From positions 64,001 to 128,000 of the forward strand of contig JBNKOC010000025.1 in assembly GCA_050294405.1 (NCBI GenBank): 64,000 nucleotides of DNA, written 5' to 3'. The position numbers and the translations under genes are program-made. The notes beneath the pieces are model-generated. The model was given only the letters and a program-made list of their open reading frames with translations. It ran no database searches and was not told where the DNA came from. Shown here one piece after another: positions 40,176 to 50,700 of the stretch (its first letter is position 1; each line of letters starts with the position of its first letter). Source of the stretch: Fibrobacteria bacterium. Lineage in GTDB: Bacteria > Fibrobacterota > Fibrobacteria > UBA11236 > JADFYW01.

Positions 40176-42839
40176 ATGAAGCAAAAGCATGGTTTTAGAA
40201 TACTCATTGCGTTAGGCGTATTGCTGCTGAGTATTTGGACTCTTAGACCTACTTGGCTCGTGCTATCCAAACCTTTGGATTATGACAAACCCATCGAGCA
40301 ACAACGTCAGGCCAACTATAAAAAAGAAAATCCCGAGATTGCCAAAAGCGCAATGGCACTGGGCCTGGATTTGGCAGGCGGTACACATATAGTGGTGGAA
40401 GTGGACGATTCAAAATTAGATGAGGACGCCAAGAAAGATGTTCTAGACCGATGCCTGGAAATATTGCGCAACAGGGTGGACCAATATGGTGTTAGCGAAC
40501 CTGTAATTAACAAATCAGGGGATAACAGAATTATTGCGGAATTAGCAGGTCTTGATGCGGACCAGGCCCGTAAGCTTATTGGAGCCACTGCTCTTTTAGA
40601 ATTTAAATTAGTTGCCGAACCCGAAGAATTTAAACCTGCTCTTGATAGAATCGATAATTACATCAAGAAAAAATTAGGGCAAAATATGGTGGATACCACC
40701 GTGGCTCAATCCGGTTCAGATACTCTGGATAATGTGGTTTCCCTGTTTGGCGATGTTGTTTCTGAAGGCGAAAATGCCGCAGCAGCTGGAGACGATACCG
40801 TAGCTGAAGCATCTGATACAGAAGAAGAAGCCACGGGCCTTGATTCTTTGGGAAGAACCACGGAATCAGCAGAAGAATTTAAAACCAGACCCTTTGGTTC
40901 CTTGTTAGTAGGACTAAACAATGGAGGCATCGGCGTTAAATTAGAAGATATTTTAAAAGCCAAAAGAATTTTAAACGACCCAGAAATTAAAGGTTTAATC
41001 CCCCGTCGCTACCACTTTTTGTGGGGTAAAGAAATACAAGACATCGGCAATGGCGAAAAAGCCCGCGAATTGTTTTTCTTGAAACGCCGCGCGGAAATGA
41101 CAGGTGAATACATTAAGGATGCCAGTTGGGCACGCGGTCCGGAAGGTTTGGAAGTTCTTTTAACCTTTAAAGGCAGAGGACCAAAAGAGTTTTCCAGAAT
41201 TACCGGGGCGAACATCAAGCGCAAACTGGCTATTGTTTTAGATTCTGTGGTGTATTCTGCTCCCGTTATCCAAGGTAAAATTACCCAAGGAACAGCTTCT
41301 ATTACTGGAAATTTTGATGTTGCTGAAGTGAAACTGTTGTCCACGACATTAAGAGCCGGTTCTTTGCCTGCTCCAATGAATATTGTGGAACTTCGCTCTG
41401 TGGGACCAACCCTTGGATTTGAAAATATTAAAAAGGGTTTTACAGCAGCTGCCTGGGGCTTGTTGCTGGTAATGCTTTTTATGGTTCTCTACTATATGGG
41501 CGCCGGCCTGATTGCCAACCTGGCTCTGGTATTTAACATATTTATTATTGGCGCAGTTTTAAGCATGTTCCATGCTACCTTGACTCTGCCCGGTATTGCA
41601 GGTATTATCCTTACCATTGGTATGGCGGTGGATGCTAACGTAATTATTTACGAACGCATAAGAGAAGAGCTTCGTGCAAAGCGTTCTATTCGGGGCGCCA
41701 TTGATGCGGGTTACAAACGGGCTTTTACTGCCATTTTCGACTCTAACGTAACTACATTTGGCACTGCCTTTATATTGTATTACATCGGTTCTGGACCTAT
41801 CCGAGGTTTTGGATTAACTCTGATGATTGGTATTGCGGCCTCTATGTTTACGGCTCTTTTCCTTACTCGTTTGGTATTCAACATTTGGGTAGACAGGGTG
41901 GATTTAAAATCCCTGTCCATTGGCGATGGTTTTAAATTTTTAAGAGAACCCAAATGGAATCTGGTGGGACGATCCAAGATATGGATTATGGGCTCTATTG
42001 CGGTAATTGTGATTTCCTTTGGAATTGAAATTACCATGAACCACTTTAATTGGGGAATCGACTTTACCGGCGGTAATGTATTCCAGGTTAAATTTGAGGA
42101 AACTCCAAATGCCGGGCAAATACGCTCTAAGTTAACAAGTGCGGGAATTGAAAACCCCAAAGTTCAAACCGTTGGAACTGCAGAAGACAAAGAAATTTTA
42201 ATTAGCGTTGAAACCAGTGCCGATTCCACTATTAAAGATAAAATACTGCAAGCGGTTCCCGAAGGTAATATCATCGGCGAAGAGTCTGTGGGCCCTACAA
42301 TCGGAGCTGAGCTAAAAACAGATGCTCTCTTATCTTTTTTCTTCGCTCTTATATTAATAGTTCTTTACATATGGGTGCGCTTTGGTAAAAATGGGCTCGG
42401 GTTTGGATTTGCGGCAGTTGTGGCTTTGTTCCACGATGTATTGATAACCTGGGGACTTTTTGGAGTGTTCGGATTGGAAATATCCCTAACCTTTGTGGCT
42501 GCTGTGCTGACCATCGTGGGTTATTCCCTTAACGATACCATTATCATTTTTGATAGAGTGAGAGAAAATATTGAATTGTCCGGCAAAGAAGGCCTAGCTG
42601 AAAAGTTTAATAAGGGTATCAATCAGTCTTTTTCCAGAACAATTATTACCTCTTTAACCACTTTGTTTGTGGTTGCTGTGCTTGCCATATTTGGAGGAGC
42701 CGGAATCCGCAGCTTCGCTTTAGCTATGATAATGGGAATATTAGTAGGAACCTATTCCTCTATTTTTATAGCAGCCCCCTTTGTAATTTGGTGGGACAGA
42801 AGAAGCATGGGGAAATCAGTTGCAAAGAAGAAAGCTTAA
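40176..42839 (+). CDS. secDF: Protein translocase subunit SecDF (fused)
   Basis: LGLDLAGG, RNRVDQYGVSEP, GMAVDANVIIYERIRE, GIDFTGG, GYSLNDTIIIFDRVREN. Confidence 0.97.
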   Translation: MKQKHGFRILIALGVLLLSIWTLRPTWLVLSKPLDYDKPIEQQRQANYKKENPEIAKSAMALGLDLAGGTHIVVEVDDSKLDEDAKKDVLDRCLEILRNRVDQYGVSEPVINKSGDNRIIAELAGLDADQARKLIGATALLEFKLVAEPEEFKPALDRIDNYIKKKLGQNMVDTTVAQSGSDTLDNVVSLFGDVVSEGENAAAAGDDTVAEASDTEEEATGLDSLGRTTESAEEFKTRPFGSLLVGLNNGGIGVKLEDILKAKRILNDPEIKGLIPRRYHFLWGKEIQDIGNGEKARELFFLKRRAEMTGEYIKDASWARGPEGLEVLLTFKGRGPKEFSRITGANIKRKLAIVLDSVVYSAPVIQGKITQGTASITGNFDVAEVKLLSTTLRAGSLPAPMNIVELRSVGPTLGFENIKKGFTAAAWGLLLVMLFMVLYYMGAGLIANLALVFNIFIIGAVLSMFHATLTLPGIAGIILTIGMAVDANVIIYERIREELRAKRSIRGAIDAGYKRAFTAIFDSNVTTFGTAFILYYIGSGPIRGFGLTLMIGIAASMFTALFLTRLVFNIWVDRVDLKSLSIGDGFKFLREPKWNLVGRSKIWIMGSIAVIVISFGIEITMNHFNWGIDFTGGNVFQVKFEETPNAGQIRSKLTSAGIENPKVQTVGTAEDKEILISVETSADSTIKDKILQAVPEGNIIGEESVGPTIGAELKTDALLSFFFALILIVLYIWVRFGKNGLGFGFAAVVALFHDVLITWGLFGVFGLEISLTFVAAVLTIVGYSLNDTIIIFDRVRENIELSGKEGLAEKFNKGINQSFSRTIITSLTTLFVVAVLAIFGGAGIRSFALAMIMGILVGTYSSIFIAAPFVIWWDRRSMGKSVAKKKA

Positions 42840-42878
42840 ACCGGACAGATTCCGAGAAGGTTTTCTTCTAATGCTTTA

Positions 42879-44600
42879 TTAAAAATTCCAATCCAACCCC
42901 GTTAAAATATGGAATCTATATGGGTTTCCATTGGGGTGTTCTAAAATTTCTTCTCCAAAAATGTGAAAGGCCGAATAATTAAGCCTAAGCCTGTTGGCTA
43001 AAAAGCTCTGAGAGATATTTAAATTATGCTCCCAATGGGCTTTTATTTTAAAGGCTGTTTGAGACCATCCCAACACATATTTAGGACCTAAATATTGTGA
43101 TTTCCAGTTAATGGACAGGTCACTGGGAAGGTTTATGTTTCCCTCAAAATATAGGCTCCATTCTGAAGCCTTATATTCTCCCAAAGAGTCGGAAAAAATA
43201 TTGTTTTCATTCAACAATAGGCCAAGGTTGCCCTGAAATAGTTTTTTGTCGATCCCTATTTTTAAATCCTGTTCTAGCTGAAAAAGCTCTGCGCTTGAAT
43301 TTTTTAAGTATGCGAGTCTGTAATGATAATCTTTTTCAGTCCAAAGGCTGTCTACCTGCCATTTGGGAGTATTCCAAAAGTTGGTATACCTGCTTATGGC
43401 TTCTAAATAAACAGGGCCTAATGGTTTTGACTGGAATGAAACCATTGCATTAAGGCTTTCATAATAAAACTTCTTATTCTGAAAATTGTTTTGAAGGCCT
43501 TGCCATTTTTCCTGTTGGTTGCCAAAATGAAATTTGCTGTGGTTTAAGCTAAAGTTTATTTCTTGTGTGCTTTTGCCTAAAAAGGAGTTTTGCAAAGCTT
43601 TTATTCCTGTTTCAGCCAAAAAAATATTCTGTTGGTAGCTTAAGTCGCTATGCCACTGAAAAACAAAGTTGCTATCCAAAATATTGTACCTGCTTTTGTT
43701 TATTAAGTTGTAACTAGCTAAATATTCTGGTTTATTTGAAATTTCAATTTCGATTCCATTTTCAAGAGGCATTTTTGCTTCAAAATGGCTGTAATTAAGC
43801 TCTGTGGAAAATTGGGAAGTCCATAATAATTGTTTTCCTCTCCATTCTTTTTTTATGCCGGGTTTCCAGGTAAATCTGCTAAAGTCACTGGATTCCTGGG
43901 AAACAATATTGCCCTTCGCAAACCGACTCTCCAGAAAAAATTCCCTAAAATATATTCGGTTGTGCATGTTGTTAATCTTTAATGGGTATAAGGCCCCTGT
44001 TTTAGGAGATGCTAGCCATTTCCAGCCGCTTTCAAAATAGAGACTGGCTCCGTAGCTGTTATGATGTAAGTGTAGCCAGCTGCTCAACAGAGAACTTTGA
44101 GGTAGGTTTTCTCCAAACCAGGATACTTTCTCTTTATTAGATAAGAAGCTGCGCAACCCGCTGAGTTTGGAAGAGGCTATGTCATTTTGCTCGAGGGCTG
44201 CACCAAGTTGCATGTATATTTGAGGGTTAAGGGAAACATAAAACTCATTGACAGGGGTGTGGTTATATGTGGCCTTTCCATTTAATTCCATCAGATGCGG
44301 ATCGCCCACCTCATTTCCCAGTAATAGCTTAATCTGTTGGCCACTATCTTTTTGGGAAATAGGTCTCCATTTGGAGAAAATTAATGGGGAGTTGGGGAAT
44401 AGCCAATCGGAAAAACAACAACAATTAGAAGGAACTAGGCTTGTGCTTAATACATCGTCTCCAAAAAAAGCAAAAGCGGTATTGGGGATATATTGTCGTT
44501 TGTTCCACATATCATTTGCAAGTTGGGGTTCTGCCCAAGGCAGTTGAAACAAAGCCACAGATAAAATCGCCAAATATTTATGCCTAATATTTTTTACCAT
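42879..44600 (-). CDS. Putative outer-membrane beta-barrel protein
   Basis: Signal peptide, aromatic-rich alternating strands, C-terminal ILTGLDWNF ending in Phe. Confidence 0.6.
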   Translation of the reverse strand: MVKNIRHKYLAILSVALFQLPWAEPQLANDMWNKRQYIPNTAFAFFGDDVLSTSLVPSNCCCFSDWLFPNSPLIFSKWRPISQKDSGQQIKLLLGNEVGDPHLMELNGKATYNHTPVNEFYVSLNPQIYMQLGAALEQNDIASSKLSGLRSFLSNKEKVSWFGENLPQSSLLSSWLHLHHNSYGASLYFESGWKWLASPKTGALYPLKINNMHNRIYFREFFLESRFAKGNIVSQESSDFSRFTWKPGIKKEWRGKQLLWTSQFSTELNYSHFEAKMPLENGIEIEISNKPEYLASYNLINKSRYNILDSNFVFQWHSDLSYQQNIFLAETGIKALQNSFLGKSTQEINFSLNHSKFHFGNQQEKWQGLQNNFQNKKFYYESLNAMVSFQSKPLGPVYLEAISRYTNFWNTPKWQVDSLWTEKDYHYRLAYLKNSSAELFQLEQDLKIGIDKKLFQGNLGLLLNENNIFSDSLGEYKASEWSLYFEGNINLPSDLSINWKSQYLGPKYVLGWSQTAFKIKAHWEHNLNISQSFLANRLRLNYSAFHIFGEEILEHPNGNPYRFHILTGLDWNF

Positions 44601-45205
44601 AGCCTTTTTCCAATTCCGATCCCGGCTTTTGGGAGATGGCCGTAATTTGGTTGGCTAAATATAACAGACCATAGAAAATTGATGTTAATAAACCATTGCT
44701 CTTTGAAATAGATATCCCAGTTCAAAAATGGATAGACTCCATACTCCGATTCATTATCGTCCATTAACAAAGACTTCCCAGTATAACCTTCCGCCGAGCG
44801 AATGAGGCTTATATCTACGCCTAACCCTATTTCCGGTAAAAACAGGCTCCCAGGTTGATACCCGGCGCCTAAACCTGCATGGATGTAATGGATATCTCTT
44901 TGGTAAGTGCTTTTTTCTGATGTGGTTAACAATGAATAATCGAGCATAACATGACATTTGATATTGGAATAATACCCGCTTTTTAGTTTAACGCCAAAGT
45001 TTGGGGATGGTTGGAGCAAGTCTCCCAGCCTTTGAGTGGGCTTAATCATGGATGCGTTAAAGTTTAAACTCAAATGTTTAAATAAATCGGTATCGGAAAA
45101 ACTTGTATGGGATAATAAACAAACGAAAAAATATATCTTTAGAAATATTTTTTTGTTATTGCTTAACGATTCTAGCGGCAAAGAATCCCCCGGCTTCCCA
45201 TTCAT
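44594..45205 (-). CDS. Putative small outer-membrane beta-barrel protein
   Basis: Signal-like hydrophobic stretch, amphipathic strands, C-terminal AGIGIGKRLW; start uncertain. Confidence 0.55.
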   Translation of the reverse strand: MNGKPGDSLPLESLSNNKKIFLKIYFFVCLLSHTSFSDTDLFKHLSLNFNASMIKPTQRLGDLLQPSPNFGVKLKSGYYSNIKCHVMLDYSLLTTSEKSTYQRDIHYIHAGLGAGYQPGSLFLPEIGLGVDISLIRSAEGYTGKSLLMDDNESEYGVYPFLNWDIYFKEQWFININFLWSVIFSQPNYGHLPKAGIGIGKRLW

Positions 45206-46460
45206 CAGGGAAAATATGCAGGCAGTTGTTTTTCACTAAATGCTCGGGAATAAATTTTTGGGCCTGATCTAAATGAGCATTGTTATTCGATTTTAGGAAA
45301 TTTGAAATAACATGGGATGTTTCTTCAAAGCTCGGGCTGCAAGTGGAATATACCACAACTCCTTTTGTGGAAAGTAAATTAAACGCGGCTTGTAACAGCT
45401 CTAATTGAAGAGTCGCTAAATTGTTGATGTTTTCTTCTAAAAGTCTCCACTTCGCTTCGGGCCGTCGGGATAAAACTCCGGAGTTGCTACAAGGCGCGTC
45501 AACCAATATTTTATTAAACTTGTTCTTAACCGCGGGGCTTTGGCCATCCATGACCAGGGCGTAAAAATTTTGAATGTTTTGCCTATGTTTCAAGTCCCAA
45601 ATTTTTGCGAGCCTTTTATGGGATACATCGGCACAGAATAGATATTTGGTTGGAAAACGTCTGGCGCATAAGGCCGTTTTTGTGCCAGGAGCTCCGCAAT
45701 AATCCAGAAAAAAATCTTTTTCACCTAAATCCAATAAACTTGTAATATACCAGGCTGCTGGGTCTTGAATGTTAATGGACCCAGTTGTGAAAGCCGGGGA
45801 ATTTAAGATATGTTCTCTGGATTTATTTGAAATAGCATATGGGAAGTTAACATCCGGTTTTTTTGAACAACCCAATTCCGATAATAAATTATTGGATTTT
45901 AATTGCTCTGAACTGATAAAAATCCAATTGTTGGGCTCTCGATTCGAGGATTCTAAAATGGTTTCCACTTTTTTTGCATCAAACATGGATAATAATTTGT
46001 TTACGTAATATTCCGGAAAAGAATATTTAACAGCCATATCCGAAGCATTATTAGTCGCGGGATAAGTTAATTTAGAGGATGTGATTTTTTGCAACAGGGC
46101 GTTTGTGAAATTGGCCACGGATTTCCCCATTAATTTTTTTGCCAGTTCCACTGATGTATTGATAATGGCGTAGTTTGGGATTTTGTCCATGAAATAATAC
46201 TGAGCAGAAGCTACTTCCAGTATAAGGCGCATTTTGGATTGGGGGGATTTTTTATCTAAAAATTGTTTGTAATTATAGCGAATTAAACTGCGGTGCCTAA
46301 TTACCGTATAACATATTTGTCTGGCAAGTTGCTTGTCCTTATCGTTTAAATTGCTATCGAATTTAGGAATAATATCTGCAATTTTATCGCCGGTGCCGTT
46401 AAATAATTTTAAAGTTTTAAATGCGACAACCCTACATTCATAACCCTTAATGTTGTTCAT
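45156..46460 (-). CDS. rsmB: 16S rRNA m5C967 methyltransferase RsmB (NusB-like domain + MTase)
   Basis: AIINTSVELAK..FTNALL, IQD, LDYCGAPGTKT, LVDAPCSNSG, YSTCS; adjacent to fmt. Confidence 0.88.
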   Translation of the reverse strand: MNNIKGYECRVVAFKTLKLFNGTGDKIADIIPKFDSNLNDKDKQLARQICYTVIRHRSLIRYNYKQFLDKKSPQSKMRLILEVASAQYYFMDKIPNYAIINTSVELAKKLMGKSVANFTNALLQKITSSKLTYPATNNASDMAVKYSFPEYYVNKLLSMFDAKKVETILESSNREPNNWIFISSEQLKSNNLLSELGCSKKPDVNFPYAISNKSREHILNSPAFTTGSINIQDPAAWYITSLLDLGEKDFFLDYCGAPGTKTALCARRFPTKYLFCADVSHKRLAKIWDLKHRQNIQNFYALVMDGQSPAVKNKFNKILVDAPCSNSGVLSRRPEAKWRLLEENINNLATLQLELLQAAFNLLSTKGVVVYSTCSPSFEETSHVISNFLKSNNNAHLDQAQKFIPEHLVKNNCLHIFPDEWEAGGFFAARIVKQ

Positions 46461-46476
46461 CTTAGCTGATAAAGGT

Positions 46477-47412
46477 TTAGGCTAAAGTTAAAAATCCATG
46501 TTCTAATCTCAGTCCGTTTGCCAAATCTTTGCCGCTGACTACGGGCTTTCCCTCTAATTGGGCGGATACGATTTTTATGTGTTTATCCAGGCAGGAAACA
46601 ATGGGCTCTTTATTTTCGTTTAAAGTTAATTGCCCATGTTTTTGAGAGGGTTCTTCCCAAATTTCTGATTTTAATATTCTTAAAGTTTTGCCTTTGTTTT
46701 CCAGAATATTTGTATAACATATGGGAAAAGGGTTGAAAGCCCGAATTCTGTTATGTATCTGCTGGGCTTCCATATCCCAATTAATTTTTCCATCTTCTTT
46801 TTTTAATTTTGGAGCCGAAGTTGCTTGGCTGTGATCCTGAGGGATGGGGGTGATTGTAGCATTGGAAAATTTGGGCAGGCTTTCGAGAATAACCTGTGAG
46901 CCGGCTTCTATAACTCTAGGGGCTAATTCAGCTGAAGTCTCATTAGGCCCGATGTTAACTTCCTTTTGTCCGATTATCTGTCCGTGATCCATTTTTGGAT
47001 CTAATAAAAATACGGTGGCCCCTGTTTTTTTCTCACCTCTGGCAATGGCCCATTGCACAGGAGCGGCACCCCGGTATTTTGGCAGCAAACTTCCGTGTAA
47101 ATTGATTGCCCCAAACTTGGCAGCTCGAAGCAAGGACTCGGGGAGAATAGAAAAAGCCACCACTACGATTAGATCTGCAGCCTGGTCTTTTAAAAGCAAT
47201 TCAAATTCCCTGTCTCTTAAAGATTCCGGTTGGTGGCACTTAAGTCCCATTTCTATGGCAGCCATTTTTACAGGAGGTGCTGTTAATATTTTACCCCTTC
47301 CTTTCGGCCTATCGGGTTGAGTGACAACCAGGCATACTTCATGACCGGCTTCAACTATATCTCTTAGGGGTTTTACTGCAAGTTGGGGGGTTCCCATGTA
47401 TATAATTTTCAT
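46477..47412 (-). CDS. fmt: Methionyl-tRNA formyltransferase
   Basis: MKIIYMGTP, VTQPDRPKGRG, NLHGSLLPKYRGAAP, RAFNPFP. Confidence 0.97.
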   Translation of the reverse strand: MKIIYMGTPQLAVKPLRDIVEAGHEVCLVVTQPDRPKGRGKILTAPPVKMAAIEMGLKCHQPESLRDREFELLLKDQAADLIVVVAFSILPESLLRAAKFGAINLHGSLLPKYRGAAPVQWAIARGEKKTGATVFLLDPKMDHGQIIGQKEVNIGPNETSAELAPRVIEAGSQVILESLPKFSNATITPIPQDHSQATSAPKLKKEDGKINWDMEAQQIHNRIRAFNPFPICYTNILENKGKTLRILKSEIWEEPSQKHGQLTLNENKEPIVSCLDKHIKIVSAQLEGKPVVSGKDLANGLRLEHGFLTLA

Positions 47413-47530
47413 AATTTTATTGAAATTAAGTTTTTTACCTCTTCATGTCTTGTTTGAAGATAAAAGTTTTTATCCAGCATAAATTCCATTAAATTAAAAG
47501 CAAATATTTTAAAATAGGTATATTTATAAA

Positions 47531-49063
47531 ATGCAATTTTTTCGGCGTTTGTTTTTATTAGCCTTGTTCTTGCATTTCCTCGTAAACCCAGCCTTGGCTC
47601 AACCGGCTTTGTTAAGTGACAATTTATCTCTAAATGGCGTAAGCATGTTTTGGAAAAACGAAAATCCAGAATTTTATAAATCCAGATTGACGCTAATTCC
47701 GGATAGTTTAACGGGATATATTTACGGGGGTTATTTTAACAATCCTGTGGCCGATTTTAAAACCGGGGATTATTCACTCCAGGAGGAAATAGAGGGCCAA
47801 ACACTTAATATTGTTTATAAATTGAATTCCTTTTTGTTTTTACATGCTGGAATGAACCATCTTGTTCACTATAATAAAGTGGCATGGGATTCTTCTTATA
47901 TTCAAATGGAGCACAATCGAAGAAATTATCCACTTGCATTAACAATTGGGCCTGGGCCATTTATGTCTTTTGGGGATTACTATTTTTGGGCTCAGTTTAG
48001 TTTAATAGATGCCCGAGGCAAAAATTATGAATATATACTAAGGTTGGGTAAACAAAAATTATTTCAATTAGAACTGAGTTATGTTCATGACAAGTATCAG
48101 GAAGATATAATTGTGAATGAAAATTACCTGGATACAATAAGTCCCTTGAATGCGGTTTACCCCATTGACAATTCCCAATTAAAACTTTTTTATTTGCTAA
48201 ATACTTCCTATGTGGAATTAATGGCAAAAATACTTCGAAATATATCTGAGCCAGGTAAATCAGGAAATAAATATTGGACACAGGATTCCACCGAAAGCTA
48301 TGAAGTTGGAGTAGGCCTTGAATTGGAGAAAGGCTTTTTAAAAGGTCTTTCTTTAGTAAATGCTTTTGGGATAGGAGAAACAAAATTGATGGGGCTAAGA
48401 GAATTAAATCCATCGGAAGTTATCCGCTATCATTATCATCCCATGGATTTCTATTCTAATTTTTCAGCTTTGGAATATTTTAAAACCATTAATAAAGCGC
48501 ACGGCCTGGCTGCTTCAATTAATTACTACTACTATAACAATTCAGGAGGCCAGCCTTATTCCAGAGATGGTCGGGCATTTTTTAACTATAAAAGGTTTAA
48601 TCCCGATTGGTTTGGAATCGGAGGTCTCATAACATACGATTATTTTGAAATTGTGGAGCACGATTTTTATTGGGACAGGGTCCAACTTGAGTTGAGGTAC
48701 CAATTATCAAAAGAGAATTGGGGGGCTGGTTTTAAGTTGCCCTTGTCTTATCATCAAATGGAACTGGAATACAACTGGAGCAGTATTTCGGGCAGTAAAT
48801 TAGACCATGATACAGTAGAGAAAAAAGGCAATTGGTATTTTGAAAATTGGCGTCTGTCCTCTGAATTTTCTCCCTGGGTTCGCTTTGGCAGGCTAACGCT
48901 TCTGGCGAAAGTCCAATATGCCTTTTCAATTTTTAGCAGTGCAAACTTCAACTATAGTGGCGTAGTTGAAGATTTGAATAAAAATAACATTAATTTTGAG
49001 GGGAAACCGGATATCCTGAAAAACGGGCTTTTTTTGGGCGGCTATGGTAAAATCGATTTTTAA
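47531..49063 (+). CDS. Putative outer-membrane beta-barrel protein
   Basis: Signal peptide (ALA cleavage), Tyr/Phe-rich strands, C-terminal LGGYGKIDF. Confidence 0.55.
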   Translation: MQFFRRLFLLALFLHFLVNPALAQPALLSDNLSLNGVSMFWKNENPEFYKSRLTLIPDSLTGYIYGGYFNNPVADFKTGDYSLQEEIEGQTLNIVYKLNSFLFLHAGMNHLVHYNKVAWDSSYIQMEHNRRNYPLALTIGPGPFMSFGDYYFWAQFSLIDARGKNYEYILRLGKQKLFQLELSYVHDKYQEDIIVNENYLDTISPLNAVYPIDNSQLKLFYLLNTSYVELMAKILRNISEPGKSGNKYWTQDSTESYEVGVGLELEKGFLKGLSLVNAFGIGETKLMGLRELNPSEVIRYHYHPMDFYSNFSALEYFKTINKAHGLAASINYYYYNNSGGQPYSRDGRAFFNYKRFNPDWFGIGGLITYDYFEIVEHDFYWDRVQLELRYQLSKENWGAGFKLPLSYHQMELEYNWSSISGSKLDHDTVEKKGNWYFENWRLSSEFSPWVRFGRLTLLAKVQYAFSIFSSANFNYSGVVEDLNKNNINFEGKPDILKNGLFLGGYGKIDF

Positions 49064-49147
49064 TGGGTTTTGTAATAAAGTAATTTATTTTTATTTCAAA
49101 AAATTGATTTATTCCTCAATTCGGGTTGTGGAAAAGGAGTAAGCAAA

Positions 49148-50587
49148 ATGTCTAACAGTTTGTATAAAAATAGTCAAATTATGTTAGTGGACGATGAAGT
49201 GCATTTTTTAGAAAGCGCTAAATTGTTATTAGCTTCTAATGATTTGACAAACGTGGATTGTTTTGAAAATCCGACTATGGCGCTGGAGCAATTAAAACAA
49301 AAAAAATATGAGTTGGCTGTTTTAGATGTAAATATGCCTCACATGAGCGGCATGGAATTGTTGGAAATAATTACTAAGGATTATCCAGAAACCATGGTGA
49401 TAATGGTAACATCAGTGGATGATGTTAAAACGGCGGTACGCAGCATTAAATTAGGTGCTTACAATTATATATTAAAGCCAATAGAAGGAGAACATTTTGT
49501 ATCTGAACTGATTAAAGGTTTGGAGTTTTCCAGGCTACAAAAAGAAAACCAAAGTATAAAAGAGCACTTGTTGTCGCCAAATGTTGGAAACCCCAAGCAT
49601 TTCGAAAAAATTATTACTCAAAACGAATCCATGTCGGCCATTTTTAAATATATAGAAGCTGTGGCTAATACTCCTTTTCCGGTATTAATTACAGGCGAAA
49701 CTGGTTGCGGAAAGGAATCTATGGCCGAGGCAGTTCACAGTTGCTCTGAAAGGGCGGGAAAGTTTATTGCGGTAAATGTGGCGGGCCTTGATGATAATTT
49801 GTTTTCGGATACATTGTTTGGCCATTTAAAAGGCGCCTACACTGGAGCTGATAAAGAAAGAAACGGCTTATTGGAAGAAGCTAAAGATGGAACTTTGTTC
49901 CTGGATGAAATTGGGGACTTGGGTCCAGCTTCCCAATTAAAACTGCTGCGCTTTTTACAGGGAGGTGAATATTTTCCACTGGGCAGTGACAGAGCAAAAA
50001 TTTCCAATGCCCGGGTAATTGTGGCCACCAATGTGAATCTGCTTGAGGCCCAGGCTAGTAACAGCTTTCGCAAAGATTTATTTTACCGGTTAAAAACACA
50101 TCACATCCATATTCCACCTTTAAGAGAAAGGCTGGATGATATTTCTATTTTAGTGCCTTTTTTCGCTCATAAATCTGCAAGTATTTTGGGACGAGACATT
50201 CCTGAAATTTCTGCAGATGTATTTGATTATTTGAAAAAATATTCATACCCCGGAAATATTCGGGAGCTGGAATCCATTATTTTTGATGCGGTGTCTAATT
50301 TACATGGAAAAAAACTCGAGTTGTCTACCGTTAAAAAGTCTCTGAGTTGGAGCCAGGATGCGGGGGTAAATCCCGATGCTATGATAGAAAAAGAAAATAT
50401 TTTTAAACGAGCAGAGCTGCCTACTATCAAGCTTGCCACCAAATTTTTAATTGAAGAAGCTTTGAAGAGAACAGCCGGAAATCAGTCCCTGGCAGCGAAA
50501 ATGTTGGGAATTACCCGTCAGGCTCTTAATCAGCGCCTTCGCTCGGCTCCTCAAGCCGAAAAAGATACTGAAGAAGAAAAAGTTTAA
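49148..50587 (+). CDS. Sigma54-dependent response regulator (NtrC family: REC-AAA+-Fis HTH)
   Basis: LVDDE, LDVNMP, GETGCGKE, LFGHLKGAYTGA, FLDEIG, FRKDLFYRL, PGNIREL, AAKMLGITR; SD AAGGAG. Confidence 0.95.
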   Translation: MSNSLYKNSQIMLVDDEVHFLESAKLLLASNDLTNVDCFENPTMALEQLKQKKYELAVLDVNMPHMSGMELLEIITKDYPETMVIMVTSVDDVKTAVRSIKLGAYNYILKPIEGEHFVSELIKGLEFSRLQKENQSIKEHLLSPNVGNPKHFEKIITQNESMSAIFKYIEAVANTPFPVLITGETGCGKESMAEAVHSCSERAGKFIAVNVAGLDDNLFSDTLFGHLKGAYTGADKERNGLLEEAKDGTLFLDEIGDLGPASQLKLLRFLQGGEYFPLGSDRAKISNARVIVATNVNLLEAQASNSFRKDLFYRLKTHHIHIPPLRERLDDISILVPFFAHKSASILGRDIPEISADVFDYLKKYSYPGNIRELESIIFDAVSNLHGKKLELSTVKKSLSWSQDAGVNPDAMIEKENIFKRAELPTIKLATKFLIEEALKRTAGNQSLAAKMLGITRQALNQRLRSAPQAEKDTEEEKV

Positions 50588-50660
50588 AAAGTTTAGAATT
50601 TTGAGCTATTTAAAGCTCTAAATCTCCAGTTTTCCTTCAAATTTTACTTTAATTATTCTA

Positions 50661-50688
50661 TTAAGAAGCGCGTAAATTATGCCGATAA
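50661..50688 (+). promoter_or_regulatory. Candidate sigma28 (FliA) promoter
   Basis: TAAG-N15-GCCGATAA with a perfect -10, 12 nt upstream of ATG 50701. Confidence 0.6.
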
Positions 50689-50700
50689 TATATTTAGAGT

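Noticed and set aside
49800..49850. GAYTGA in place of GAFTGA as a sign of sigma54 independence
   Set aside because: GAYTGA occurs in functional enhancer-binding proteins and the other AAA+ motifs are intact.
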